A program made the translations under genes and the position numbers. A stretch of DNA of 63,993 nucleotides, counting the filler, from Craspedostauros australis (Eukaryota): the NCBI GenBank assembly GCA_030167865.1. It is 19 parts of 19 records of this genome, joined end to end, with 100 filler letters (N's around TTAATTAATTAA, not from the genome) between each part and the next. Parts side by side here need not be neighbours in the genome. Positions count along the whole stretch, not along the records: positions 31,845 to 40,080 come from JALAGF010004986.1; positions 40,181 to 41,814 come from JALAGF010004987.1; positions 41,915 to 44,018 come from JALAGF010004988.1; positions 44,119 to 46,035 come from JALAGF010004991.1; positions 46,136 to 50,540 come from JALAGF010004992.1; positions 50,641 to 55,101 come from JALAGF010004997.1; 13 more parts are not named here. One strand, written 5' to 3'. Positions 38,601-51,897 of the stretch are shown piece by piece (position 1 is the first letter of the stretch; every line of letters begins with the position of its first letter). Below the pieces are notes generated by a model that saw only the letters and a list, made by a program, of their open reading frames with translations, was not told the DNA's origin and did no database searches.

Positions 38601-40080
38601 CGAAGCCGATGATGACACAGGCGTCACTGCTCCGAACACACCAGCGAGGTCTACACATGACACACTATCCAGACCTCCACCAAACAGACCAAGCAAGCGT
38701 GACATAGCTAGAAAGGAGAGAATCCAACGTCATGAAGCACGAGGCAGGAAGGGAGAAGCTAATCTCAAGCCAACTACAGGGAAGAGTATTCCCAGAGCTC
38801 TGCGCGAGCTCGCAGACTTCAACGAATGAGGTTGAAAGGAAGAGGGTTACGAGAGCGAATCATCATCCAACGAAGACAGTGACAAACTCAGCGACGAGAT
38901 AACTGACGAATCCAATAACGAAACTACAGATGATGAGGATATCACAAACAAAGGAGAAGAGATCAAGATTACCCATCACAGCACAACAGGATTATACGGA
39001 ATGAACGCAATCATCGCCGGAACACCAGCGATCAACATCGGACTGTCGATGCTTGTCGAAATTCCCCGTAGTCCCAAAAGTAACGTGCTCCTGTAACGCT
39101 CAGGAGTGATCGATCATGCGCTTGCCACGTTGACGATAGGGGGGTATTTGTTGTTTCTGTACTCTATTTTGGTTCAGTCCCGTACAATCGGGAATTACTG
39201 ATGTCACACATTTCGACAGATGCTGGACAAGAACAAAGAACCAGAGAAACACATCGAACCAACGACATTCGATGGAGCCTTCAATCACCCAGATCCCATC
39301 CATCAAAAGGGATATCGAGCAGCCATCAAAAAGGAGTTCGACTCCATGGATACACGAAAGGTGTACAGCAAGATCAAACAAGACGCCATCCCACGCGGCC
39401 GTAGATGCTGCAAGTGCAAATGGGTCTTCAAGCTGAAACGCGACGGCACACATCGAGCGCGGCTCGTTGCATGTGGCTATTCACAAGTCGCAGGAGTAGA
39501 CTTCCAAGAGCATTACTCACCCGTTATCCATGACGTGACCTATCGAGCCATGATGGTGATCATGCTGATCAAGAAGATGGACTGCACACTCGTCGATGTC
39601 GTAACAGCATTCCTACATGGAGACCTCGACAAGGAGATCTACATGAACTGTCCCAACGGGATGGATCATCAACCAGACGAAGCCCTGACCCTACANNNNN
39701 NNNNNNNNNNNNNNNNNNNNNNNNNNNNNNNNNNNNNNNNNNNNNNNNNNNNNNNNNNNNNNNNNNNNNNNNNNNNNNNNNNNNNNNNNNNNCCGTGCCT
39801 GTTCTACAGGAAGACGAACGAAGGAAGCATGATCGTGGCCATCTACGTGGACGATTGCTTCTGCTGTGGAGACTCCAAAGCACTGGAGACATTCCTGAAG
39901 GACATCCAAGGCAGCAAGTTCAAGGTGACAATTGAGCGCGGACTCGGAGACTACCTCAGCTGCAACATTGAACTGAACCATGACAAGACTAGGGCAACAT
40001 TGCGTCAACCACATCTCATCCGACACCTCATTGAAGAGTTCGGAGCCAAGGTTGAGAAGATGCAACGCTATGGGACACCA
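34366..40080 (+). pseudogene. Copia element F Gag-Pol (gag, 2x CCHC, extra domain, PR, IN, RT); two in-frame TGAs and a solo-LTR insertion
   Basis: ORF 34366..38829 plus RT ORF 39220..40080 (ARLVACGYSQ, DVVTAFLHG, IYVDD). The frame is continuous through the TGAs at 38827 and 38833 once 39054-39224 is removed. Confidence 0.95.
39054..39218. mobile_element. 165-bp solo LTR with 6-bp TSD (GATGCT)
   Basis: TGTCGAAAT...ATTTCGACA terminal inverted ends, with GATGCT at 39048-39053 and 39219-39224. Removing the insert restores GLSMLDKNKEP. Confidence 0.85.
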
Positions 40081-40180
40081 NNNNNNNNNNNNNNNNNNNN
40101 NNNNNNNNNNNNNNNNNNNNNNNNTTAATTAATTAANNNNNNNNNNNNNNNNNNNNNNNNNNNNNNNNNNNNNNNNNNNN

Positions 40181-41814
40181 TTGGCTTGGTCTTCGTGGGG
40201 AGGGGCACTGATCATGTTCACTCCACTCACGAAACCGCTATGGGTTGCCATGAGTCTGTCGAACATGATGCGTTGCCCGCGCTTCTCCAAGCTCATCACG
40301 ACACCTTGGTTGCTGATGTCGAAACCGTTTTCGAGAGCTTTGTTGATGCTCAAGAGGTTCACCCACAGGTTGGGCACGAACTTCACTTGCTTGAGCACGA
40401 TAGTGGCTTGGTTCCCGTTCTTNNNNNNNNNNNNNNNNNNNNNNNNNNNNNNNNNNNNNNNNNNNNNNNNNNNNNNNNNNNNNNNNNNNNNNNNNNNNNN
40501 NNNNNNNNNNNNNNNNNNNNNNNNNNNGTTGCCTTGAGGTATCGGCCGCTGCCGATCTTGATGGAGTGGTTGGCCACTTGCACGTTAGTCATGCCCTCTT
40601 CGCTGTTGGTGAGGTGGCATGAGGCACCAGAATCGCCCAGCCATGTGTTTGCTTGGTGATGGTCGGGGGCGATGGTGTGGCGGAGTGCGCTTGCATCGCC
40701 GAGGTCACCGATCACCATGGCCATGTCTGGTTGAGCGTCNNNNNNNNNNNNNNNNNNNNNNNNNNNNNNNNNNNNNNNNNNNNNNNNNNNNNNNNNNNNN
40801 NNNNNNNNNNNNNNNNNNNNNNNNNNNNNNNNNNNNNNNNNNNNNNNNNNNNNNNNNNNNNNNNNNNNNNNNNNNNNNNNNNNNNNNNNNNNNNNNNNNN
40901 NNNNNNNNNNNNNTGGCAAGTTGAGTTCCTCAAGTCTTGCGTTGATGTGTTGCACGGCTTGCACCAATTGCATTGGCGTGAACACGTCGATGCGATGCAT
41001 CATGTAGTAGAGCGTGCGAGGGTTCAGGCTTTCTCCTCCTCCTTCGGTGTACGCGTGCGCCGCGTCGCAGCACAGTAGGNNNNNNNNNNNNNNNNNNNNN
41101 NNNNNNNNNNNNNNNNNNNNNNNNNNNNNGCTGCCGATCTTGATGGAGTGGTTGGCCACTCGCACGTTAATCATTCCCTCTTCGCTGTTGGTGAGGTGAC
41201 ATGAGGCACCGGAATCACCCAGCCAAGTGTTTGCTTCGTGGTGGTCGGGGGTGATGGTGTGGCGGAGTGCGCTTGCATCGTCGAGGTCACTGATCACCAT
41301 GGCCATGTCTGGTTGAGCGTCTTGAGGGTCGCCGATCACCATGGCCATGTCTGGTTGAGCATCGGCCGCTCGGTAGATGGGGAGCTGGTTGAACTCCTCT
41401 GGGTCTCGGACTCCTTGGTCACTTGGATGATGCATCCACATCAGCATCTCTGCGGCATGCTGAACCAGGCTGTCGATGAGCCCTCTGTGGATGGGTGGCA
41501 AGTTGAGTTCCTCAAGTCTTGCGTTGATGTGTTGCACGGCTTGCACCAATTGCATTGGCGTGAACACGTCGATGCGATGCATCATGTAGTAGAGCGTGCG
41601 AGGGTTCAGGCTTTCTCCTCCTCCTTCGGTGTACGCGTGCGCCGCGTCGCAGCACAGTAGGGCGAGCTCAGAGCGTACTTCGTCAGCAACCATCATGTTG
41701 CTGAGAGAGTATCTCATCGCGACATGCAAAGGTCCTGCAGTCCAGAGCTTCTGGCGGCGCGTCATGATGTCTTGAATCGTTGTTGGCGCCGCCCTTGCAG
41801 GGGGATTTGCCAGT
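40181..41814 (-). mobile_element. Copia family G fragment (extra domain plus protease)
   Basis: TWLGDSGASCHLT and VKFVPNLWVNLLSI motifs. Same family as 55202-57419. Confidence 0.9.
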
Positions 41815-43424
41815 NNNNNNNNNNNNNNNNNNNNNNNNNNNNNNNNNNNNNNNNNNNNTTAATTAATTAANNNNNNNNNNNNNNNNNNNNNNNNNNNNNN
41901 NNNNNNNNNNNNNNAATACTACCTTTCACCAATCCATACATACATCATTCCAGGACATGCCATAACATGTACTCAGAGTACTCTAGCATGATTGCAAAGT
42001 GATGTATTGCACTCTGTGTAGTATGTTCATAATACCTTTGTATCACTCAATGCGGTTTGCGATAATTTTCCGCCGCCAATAGAGTGTTTGTAGATACGCT
42101 CACACGTACGCTACTTTCATTGTCACATTGATTTGTGCCAAGCGATAGCTAGTGCCTCTATTGGGGCTTTGATCTACACAAATGCATTTATCGCCCTCTA
42201 TCGGCATNGTAAATGCGAAAAGATGCATCTATGCTTCCAAAGTGCTCAAACAAAGCAGGATTTGGACTCTTGGGTCATACTCGCGCATAATTATGTTTCT
42301 CCCAAAAGGCGCAGATGGCATTTTGCGAATGCAAGGTAGAGGGAGAGGCGGTACTATCTGTCAGAGGAGAACCGATTTGCGACTATCTTGTACCCATGCA
42401 AAGCATGGATGTGATGTACTGATTGTCAAACGATAAATCTTGGTGCTGCCATCATGTGCCCCCTGCTCTCTTGGATGAATCCTTTCTGTACAGGAAGGAC
42501 TAGGAATCCCATAGGTGACACAAGTGGGAGGATCTATCATTGAAGGAGCCAGACATGCTTTTCTGCAGTGTGAAAGACCGCTTTTTATCACAGATCTTGG
42601 ATGACAAAGAACAGCACCCAAACGTGAGTACATAATCGTAGAATCCCCGCGTTTGTTGCAAATGCCACCATCCATTCAGCCGTATGTGCAAGTATGTTTC
42701 ATGCCTGGAATGACCCCATTCCCATCTTGTGCATACAGGTACTGTAGCTTGGGCATGTGTCGCTCCTTCACAAACACTTTGAAATGGCTTGGGAACAAGC
42801 GAATATAATCGTGAACACTGCTTCCCAAACCGCATAGCCGTGACAATGACCAACAAATACAGGGGGAGAATGCGCCTTCATGTGGTTGTGAACGCGCAGA
42901 AACGTTCCATTGTTCGCGAAGTGCCACCGACGTGGCAGCACTTGTGACCGTCAATAGGGCCAATCCGAACCAGCAAAACCGGATCTTGCATACACTGGTC
43001 CTGACAATACAGGTCATCAATACATAACTGGTCATCCTGGTACACCCCAAATCGCAAGCCACGATTCCTGTGGATCTTTTACAAACCAGACTTCACGGAA
43101 TTGAATCCTGTGACACCATTGACAAAACGAATTGTGTATCGAACTTGTCATGATATTGTGAACTGCGTCCAAGACACGTTCACAACCAAGCGCAAGATTC
43201 TGTAAATCATGGAATGCCGTTATGCAGACGTTGACCTGCAATTCATTGAGGAGCTCAGACGTATCTTGAGCCCTAAACGAATCGATCTGATTGGCCGAGA
43301 AGCCCATTATATGAAATCATGATCCTTGCCATCGCCTCCACTTTTTGCAGCAAACAACGCGCGGAGAGGGTGTGTGTGATGTCATCCCCACGAGTTTGCC
43401 TCACCCTGTGACAGTGTCAACGTT

Positions 43425-44018
43425 TTGCTGTGCCAAGACAAGATCATGGAACACATCGCGATGTGCACTTCAGGATCCACCGAGAAAGGGCGTCGATGGA
43501 AGATGCGAGTTGGAGAACACAACAAAATCAAACACAGCACCCCACGCATCGAACGCCATACACATTTGTTGCCATCTCCAACAACAACTCCACTCACCAG
43601 GCAACACCAGCACCATTCACCAAATGCAACCACACAAATATCAATGCAAGAAGCCGCCACTACATCCAATGTCGCCCATGAGGGCATGCACCTCCTTGGA
43701 CGGCCTGTGACAATTGATCAGTGCAATCCTCCCCCTCCCTGGATGCACAGAACCTTCCAAACATCATTTGGAACGAATGCAACGGTGGCAGCAAAGGCGT
43801 GGGAGGGCCTGGTCCACCATGACCTTATCCCAAGCAACGCATGCATGGAACACATGCTCTCGGCCATGGCCTTCCTCAAACAATACTCCTCATGGGATGC
43901 ACTAGCTGTGAGACTCAACCGTGATCGGAAAACGTTGATGAAATGGACATGGATCATGCTGGAAGGGATGGGCAGGTTGAGCACAAAAATTGTAAGTCAA
44001 CCGTGGCATGCATGTGCC
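43425..44018 (+). mobile_element. PIF/Harbinger-type transposase, N-terminal HTH exon (truncated)
   Basis: F.TSFG..W..L...HML.AMAFLKQY..LA.....RKTL.KW.W is homologous to 60561-60902. The GT donor at 43992 is at the same position. Confidence 0.75.
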
Positions 44019-44118
44019 NNNNNNNNNNNNNNNNNNNNNNNNNNNNNNNNNNNNNNNNNNNNTTAATTAATTAANNNNNNNNNNNNNNNNNNNNNNNNNN
44101 NNNNNNNNNNNNNNNNNN

Positions 44119-45568
44119 CTTGGGACTCCCAGGCATTGTAGTCCTCCTGACTACCACTGAATAGCGGCGCCTTGATGGGTTGCTTGTTCACGTTGGCTGA
44201 TGCTGCCATGTTACTCCGTTGCTTTGTTGATGTTACGCGCACGCTTGTGATCTCCGTTTGTTTTTGTGTGATCACTTTTTCAATTTTTGCTCGTGTTTCC
44301 GCGGAGATGTGTTTTGTCACAAATTCTCCTCCTTGTGTTGTCTCACTTTCTCTGCTCTGTTTGGCCGTGCGAATGCTCTTCGCCACACCTGTCTCTTCTT
44401 GCTTCATATTTGTGAGAANNNNNNNNNNNNNNNNNNNNNNNNNNNNNNNNNNNNNNNNNNNNNNNNNNTTCTCTGCTCTGTTTGGCCGTGCGAATGCTCT
44501 TCGCCACACCTGTCTCTTCTTGCTTCATATTTGTGAGAATGCTCTTCTGCACGAGTCGTAGTCTTGCAAACCGTTCCTCGTTGGTCTCGTTGATCGTGCT
44601 TCCTTCTGCGCTAGAGAGGACAGTGGGCGCACCTGCTTCCTTCTGTGGTTGAAGTGGAGTCTCACTNNNNNNNNNNNNNNNNNNNNNNNNNNNNNNNNNN
44701 NNNNNNNNNNNNNNNNNNNNNNNNNNNNNNNNNNNNNNNNNNNNNNNNNNNNNNNNNNNNNNNNNNNNNNNNNNNNNNNNNNNNNNNNNNNNNNNNNNNN
44801 NNNNNNNNNNNNNNNNNNNNNNAAAGTTCCGTAGACGGATACCTTGCAATCGTGGAAGACAGTGATGGCTGTTATGATGACAATTGCTATTTCATGACAT
44901 TGCTCCTCTGATGCTCTTGGTGTCTCTCTCTGACTATGAGTTGGCACACAAGATGCTCTCTCGCCATTACTCGTATTCTCTCTCTCTCGATATTTCGCGT
45001 TCACAACAAGCAATATTTCATGCTCGATATGTGCTCTGTATTCGACACATACTCAGCCATCTTGTCCTCTACTGGCCCACTACTCTGCAAGTATTCGCAA
45101 ATGTTTTGTCCAAACTCCTCCTTGTATATCTACGATCTTGATGTTGCTTGGCCATTGAATCTTTGCCTTCTTGATCTGATGTGGAGACAGCTGCCAACGT
45201 GGTGACATGATGACATCCTGTCAATGTCAGCTGTTGTCTTCCATGGTCCTTCAGAATCCAGATTCCATTGATGATGCAGTGGTCTGGCGAGGGTGTCGTC
45301 ATTTGAGGTTTAGTTGGGAAACATATCAAGTCTGACTCGATATCACATGTTTTGTTGATGGATGAACAGACGATGTTCCTTATGCTCTCATAAATGGTTG
45401 TTCACAAATTTCCCCCAAAATGTTGGTGGTTTTTGTGTGTCCGAATTCGTGATGTGATTTCGATCAATCACAGTTCACTATCAACACGAATGTAGTTGCG
45501 CCGTCTGTGTGTATAGTATAAAAGAACAATGAGTGAGCGATGCACATACACATATGCACATTCCAACA
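44119..45568 (-). mobile_element. Diverged relative of Copia F: 5' LTR (about 44823-45568) and gag start
   Basis: Gag matches F (IKAPLFSGSQEDYNAWESQ). The LTR begins TGTTGGAATG on the minus strand and its 3' end resembles the F LTR end. Confidence 0.8.
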
Positions 45569-46134
45569 TTGGTAGCCTCATCCGCAGGGACATCATCGTT
45601 GGCAGGAGCCTTAGAAATCCTGGCATCACTGTCTGCAGTGGTGTCAACTGCATCAAGTGCGGGATCTGGTGGTGGCGCAATGCATGTTGGCAGAGTGATG
45701 CCATTGGCACTTGGAACAGTGGTGAAGTGGTGCAGATACATGCNGAACTTGCAGGCCTGGAAGTTGGNNACCCAATCNTNGTCGCCATCATCTCCACAAG
45801 CATGAAACCATGATCAAAGCTTCCACCTGCCATGGACATGGACGAGATTGGCACATCAATGCACCAATTGGGCATGGAAGAAGTCATCATCACTGTTGAG
45901 CAAATTGTAGAATTCACCATCGGTGGTAGTCTTGAGGTCATCCCACATGAGGGAACCACGTCCAACTGAGCCACGCAGAGATGAGGGAGGCATCAACAAG
46001 AGCATGGTGCTACCATTGTTGAAGCCATGATGGAANNNNNNNNNNNNNNNNNNNNNNNNNNNNNNNNNNNNNNNNNNNNTTAATTAATTAANNNNNNNNN
46101 NNNNNNNNNNNNNNNNNNNNNNNNNNNNNNNNNN

Positions 46135-48160
46135 NGATGGTTCACTGCTTGGTGCTTGAGTCTGGGTGGGATGGGCGGACTCCTCAGCTGTCGGACGTTG
46201 TGATGGTACTGTGGATGGTGTTACCGATGCAGCCGATGGTTCACTGCTTGGTGCTTGAGTCTGGCTGGGATAGGCGGACGCTTCAGCTGATGGACGTTGT
46301 GATGGTGATGTGGATGGTGCTGCCGATGTAGCCGATGGCTTGGCGCTTGGTGCTTGNNNNNNNNNNNNNNNNNNNNNNNNNNNNNNNNNNNNNNNNNNNN
46401 NNNNNNNNNNNNNNNNNNNNNNNNNNNNNNNNNNNNNNNNNNNNNNNNNNNNNNNNNNNNNNNNNNNNNNNNNNNNNNNNNNNNNNNNNNNNNNNNNNNN
46501 NNNNNNNNNNNNNNNNNNNNNNNNNNNNNNNNNNNNNNNNNNNNNNNNNNNNNNNNNNNNNNNNNNNTGGATGGTGCTGCCGATGTAGCCGATGGCTTGG
46601 CGCTTGGTGCTTGAGTCTGGGTGGGATGGGCGGACTCTTCAGCCGATGGACGTTGTGATGGCGCAGAGGATGGTACGGCTGATATAGCCGATGGTTCACT
46701 GCTTGGTGCTTGAGTCTGGGTGGGATGGGCAGACTCCTCAGCTGTTGGACTCTGAGATGGTGCTGTGGATGGTGTTGCCGATGCAGCCGATGGTTCACTG
46801 CTTGGTGCTTGACTTTGAGTTGGGTCAGCAGATCCTTCAGCCGATGGACTTTGTGATGGCGCAGAGGATGGTGCTGCCGATGCAGCCGATGGCTTGGCGC
46901 TTGGTGCTTGAGTCTGGGTGGGATGGGCGGACTCTTCAGCCGATGGACGTTGTGATGGTGCTGTGGATGGTGCTGCTGATGTAGCCGATGGTTCACTGCT
47001 TGGTGCTTGACTTTGAGTTGGGTCAGCAGATCCTTGAGCCGATGGACGTTGTGATGGCGCAGAGGATGGTACGGCTGATGCAGCCGATGGTTCACTGCTT
47101 GGTGCTTGAGTCTGGGTGGGATGGGCGGACTCCTCAGCCGATGGACGTTGTGATGGTACTGTGGATGGTGTTGCCGATGCAGCGGATGGTTCACTGCTTG
47201 GTGCTTGAGTCTGGGTGGGATGGGCGGACTCTTCAGCCGATGGACGTTGTGATGGTACTGTGGATGGTGCTGCTGATGCAGCCGATGGTTCACTGCTTGG
47301 TGCTTGAGTCTGGGTGGGATGGGCGGACTCTTCAGCCGATGGACGTTGTGATGGTNCTGTGGATGGTGCTGCTGATGCAGCCGATGGTTCACTGCTTGGT
47401 GCTTGAGTCTGGGTGGGATGGGCGGACTCTTCAGCCGATGGACTTTGTGATGGCGCAGAGGATGGTACGGCTGATGTAGCCGATGGTTCACTGCTTGGTG
47501 CTTGAGTCTGGGTGGGATGGGCGGACTCCTCAGCCGATGGACGTTGTGATGGTACTGTGGATGGTGTTGCCGATGCAGCGGATGGTTCACTGCTTGGTGC
47601 TTGAGTCTGGGTGGGATGGGCGGACTCTTCAGCCGATGGACGTTGTGATGGTACTGTGGATGGTGCTGCTGATGCAGCCGATGGTTCACTGCTTGGTGCT
47701 TGAGTCTGGGTGGGATGGGCGGACTTCTCAGCCGATGGACGTTGTGATGGCGCAGAGGATGGTGCTGCTGATGTAGCCGATGGTTCACTGCTTGGTGCTT
47801 GAGTTTGGGTGGGATGGGCGGACTTCTCAGCCGATGGACGTTGTGATGGTGCTGTGGATGGTGCTGCTGATGTAACCGATGGTTCACTACTTGGTGCTTG
47901 AGTTTGGGTGGGATGGGCGGACTCTTCAGCCGATGGACGTTGTGATGGTACTGTGGATGGTGCTGCTGATGTAGCCGATGGTTCACTGCTTGGTGCTTGA
48001 GTCTGGGTGGGATGGGCAGACTCTTCAGCCGATGGACGTTGTGATGGCGCAGATGATGGTGCTGCTGATGCAGCGGATGGTTCACTGCTTGGTGCTTGAC
48101 TTTGAGTTGGGTCAGCAGATCCTTGAGCCGATGGACGTTGTGATGGTACTGTGGATGGTC
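46135..48160 (-). repeat. 99-bp coding tandem repeat
   Basis: Unit PSSEPSAASAAPSTVPSQRPSAEESAHPTQTQA. Confidence 0.95.
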
Positions 48161-50540
48161 CACTTGACTCTGTTAGCATGCTCGATGGATTCATGGATGG
48201 TGAGGATGACGATGATGTCGGGTCGGCGCTTGGTGACTGGCTGTTGGTTGGAAGAGGCGATAGTTCCACAACCGGACTTTGAGAGGGTTGTCTCGATGGC
48301 ACTATTGATCCTGATGGTTGCATTGATGGTGCTGAAGACAAACGAATAGACGGATGTTCAGATTCGTCTTGAGTGGGTGTTTGTGATGGCTCCGTGGAAG
48401 GCGCGCTTGATCCAGTTGGTGCTACTGATGGCTCAGCAGATGGTGATATTGACGGGTATACAGATTCATGGCTTGTGGGTGCCTGTGAAGGCAACGTAGA
48501 TGGGTTTTCAGAATCTGATGGTGACGCAGATGGTTCAGTAGACGGTGTTGTTGATGGGTGTGTAGACCCGTCACCAGTAGGTGTCTGTGATGGTACATCA
48601 GAAAGCTGTCCTGAGCTTGATGGTCCTGTCGATGGTATGCTGGAAGGCGAGCTTGATCCAGATGGCCCAGTTGATGGGTATGCAAACTTCTCGCCACTGG
48701 GTGATTGTGATGGTGCAGTAGAAGGCGTTCCTGACCCAGACGGATCTCCAGATGGGTATGCGGATTCCTCACCACTGGGTGCCTGTGATGGTAAGATGGA
48801 TGGCGTTCCCGAACTAGATGGAGCTCCAGATGGGTATGCAGACTCCTCGCCACTGGGTGCCTGTGATGGTGACGTAGAAGGCGTTGCTGAACTAGATGGT
48901 GCAGTTGATGGGTATGCAGACTCTTCGCCACTGGGTGCCTGTGATGGTGACGTAGAAGGCGTTGCTGAACTAGATGGTCCAGTTGATGGGTATGCAGACT
49001 CNNNNNNNNNNNNNNNCTGTGATGGTGACGACGACGGTGCTCCTGAACTAGATGGAGCTCCAGATGGGTATGCAGACTCCTCGCCACTGGGTGCCTGTGA
49101 TGGTGACGTAGAAGGCGTTGCTGAACTAGATGGTCCAGTTGATGGGNNNNNNNNNNNNNNNNNNNNNNNNNNNNNNNNNNNNNNNNNNNNNNNNNNTGAT
49201 GGTGACGTAGAAGGCGTTGCTGAACTAGATGGTCCAGTTGATGGGTATGCAGACTCCTCGCCACTGGGTGCCTGTGATGGCGACGTAGAAGGCGTTGCTG
49301 AACTAGATGGTCCAGTTGATGGGTATGCAGACTCCTCGCCACTGGGTGCCTGTGATGGTAAGATGGATGGCGTTCCTGACCCAGACGGAGCTCCAGATGG
49401 GTATGCGGATTCCTCGCCGCTGGGCGCCTGTGATGTTGACTCTGATGGATATGACGATCTCGTGGGTATAACGGATGGTTGTGAGGACTTAGTCGGTGCT
49501 GTTGATGTCGGCATTCCACTTGGTGAATGGCTCGACGATGGATGTTCCGATTCTGCAATTGATGGGTGTTGGGAAGGCAAAGAAGATGGCTGTATTGATT
49601 CCGAAGGGCCTGCAGATGGAATATTAGACGCCAACGCGGTGGGCTCATCGCTTGGGCTGGAAGAAGGCTGCGACGAACCCGTCGGGACAGTCGACGGAAA
49701 ATCGCTCGGTAACTCTGATGGTGCCTGAGAGGTGGTTGGCGTCACGGACGGAGTGTGACTCGGCATGAAGGATGGTGGGATGGAGTTTGTTGGGACAATC
49801 GAAGGAAGATCGCTCGGCAACGCCGAAGGTGCAATCGAGTTCGAAGGGGTTGTCGAAGGAGACGACGTTGGAGGCAACGATGGAAAAACGCTGGGTGATA
49901 GCGACGGCGAGATTGATTCCGTGGGTACAGCAGAAGGGAACATGCTTGGAATGCCTGATGGTGCTGCGGAAATAGTCGGGACAGACGAAGGGGAAGCGCT
50001 AGGCGCATGCGATGGTTGGACTGAGATAGTGGGAACTCCCGAAGGCTGAAAGCTGGGAAGAAACGATGGCATTACAGAGACGGTAGGAACGCTTGAAGGG
50101 GATGCAGAAGGAGACCCGGAGGGAACACCACTTGGGAAGGACGATGGCGAGGATGATGGACGAGAGCTAGGGGGTAGCGACGGAGTCATCGACGGTTGAA
50201 TGGAAGGACCGCTGCTTGGAGCCTGGCTGGCGGTTGGGTGGATGGATTCTTCACTCGATGGTGCCTGTGATGGTGAAGATGATGGTGACTGAGATGGCGA
50301 AGCTGATGCATTCGTTGGNNNNNNNNNNNNNNNNNNNNNNNNNNNNNNNNNNNNNNNNNNNNNNNNNNNNNNNNNNNNNNNNNNNNNNNNNNNNNNNNNN
50401 NNNNNNNNNNNNNNNNNNNNNNNNNNNNNNTCGTCACTTGGAGCCTGGCTGGCGGTTGGGTGGATGGATTCTTCACTCGATGGTGCCTGTGATGGTGAAG
50501 ATGATGGTGAAGATGATGGCGAAGCTGATGCATTCGTTGG
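46135..50540 (-). CDS. Pro/Ser/Thr-rich tandem-repeat (mucin-like) protein, both ends missing
   Basis: ORF of more than 1300 aa with PSxx periodicity, 33-aa (99-bp) and 26-aa (78-bp) repeat blocks, and no internal stops. Confidence 0.8.
48640..49435 (-). repeat. 78-bp coding tandem repeat
   Basis: Unit PSGEESAYPSTGPSSSATPSTSPSQA. Confidence 0.92.
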
Positions 50541-51897
50541 NNNNNNNNNNNNNNNNNNNNNNNNNNNNNNNNNNNNNNNNNNNNTTAATTAATTAANNNN
50601 NNNNNNNNNNNNNNNNNNNNNNNNNNNNNNNNNNNNNNNNGTCGGAGTAAAGCATCGTTTCAGCACATACCAGGACAGACTAATCAGAAAACGAATCAGG
50701 TGAATAAAGCGTTGTGCTAATATCCTGGCAGAGATTTCCACGTGCTTGTCGTTGTCTTACATGCAATGGAGACTCCTGCCTCGTTTTCTCCTTCCACAAG
50801 TGTCAGCATCTTATCCTGTTTCTTGCTCCCAGCCTTCATTGGCATNNNNNNNNNNNNNNNNNNNNNNNNNNNNNNNNNNNNNNNNNNNNNNNNNNNNNNN
50901 NNNNNNNNNNNNNNNNNNNNNNNNNNNNNNNNNNNNNNNNNNNNNNNNNNNNNNNNNNNNNNNNNNNNNNNNNNNNNNNNATTTTGTAGAATACTATCTT
51001 TACATGTTTCTACTGTGTTTGTTTTCCTGGTCCCTGGTGTTATGCTCCATAACACAATACTGTACTATTACATGATACTATATGATTTAATATTATGTTG
51101 TGTCATATTCGCAAGTGTTGCTATTGCCGTGAACGTGGAAGTGGACGTGTAGGATGCCACCACCAACACCGGTTCTGTTTGACATCCCACGCACAAAGGA
51201 GGTAACGCACACCAGAGCCAAACCATCGACAACGCAAGGAATGAACGTGACACCGAACCTTTCACAACATCACCATCGAGGCCGCTGGATACCATCTCAG
51301 TCTGGCATCGACNNNNNATGACGTCACCATTTTCGTCCACGGTGAGGACAAGCCAGCCATGTATTTGTGTCGTAGAAGCTAGCTAAATATATCTAACCCT
51401 AACGGACAACGCGAAAAATTGATGTCTAAAAATATCACGTTTCAGTATCTCAAATCCGCAGACTAATACTCGACTTCGCTGAATGGGCTCCTATCCCTTT
51501 ACGACCTATCGCCCAATAATTGGGCGATAAACAAATCGAAATCAGTTATTCAAACTTTTGACCCCAACGCCTACAAGTGGGAACCTCTTTTCTTTACATA
51601 TTCTTAATCTTCTCGAGCTCCTCTTTCCAACCATGCTATCACATTTATATGTCTGTTACTGTCTTTAGGTTGATATAGTTGCCTAAAGTACTCGTGAATC
51701 GATTTTGAGCTGCGGGACTGTCGCTCATTCCATTGGCGAGACGCGAATTGCCAAATTGGCGAGGTCGCATTTTCGTTTTTCGAATCCGCTTCCTTGCCAA
51801 CACCCACACGTCATGCCTTTGTTGTTACATATCAGCATGCCTCTTGCTACCAATGTGCTGCTTGCGGGTTGTGGTGCCTGCTTCTCTTACCGTGCAA

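Noticed and set aside
42300..42935. RRWHFAN peptide encoded on both strands
   Set aside because: No further similarity around the two hits and both frames contain stops; probably chance.
46135..48160. CRISPR-like regular array
   Set aside because: The whole 99-bp unit repeats with no unique spacers, it is coding, and the context is eukaryotic.
46283..48163. 626-aa His/Gln-rich ORF, and the antisense Asp/Gly-rich ORF 48373..49728
   Set aside because: Shadow frames of the tandem-repeat PTS gene. A stop-free repeat unit keeps other frames open.
51393..51410. CTAACCCTAA as a telomeric repeat or a second piggyBac end
   Set aside because: Fewer than two repeat units and no matching partner end in the scaffold.
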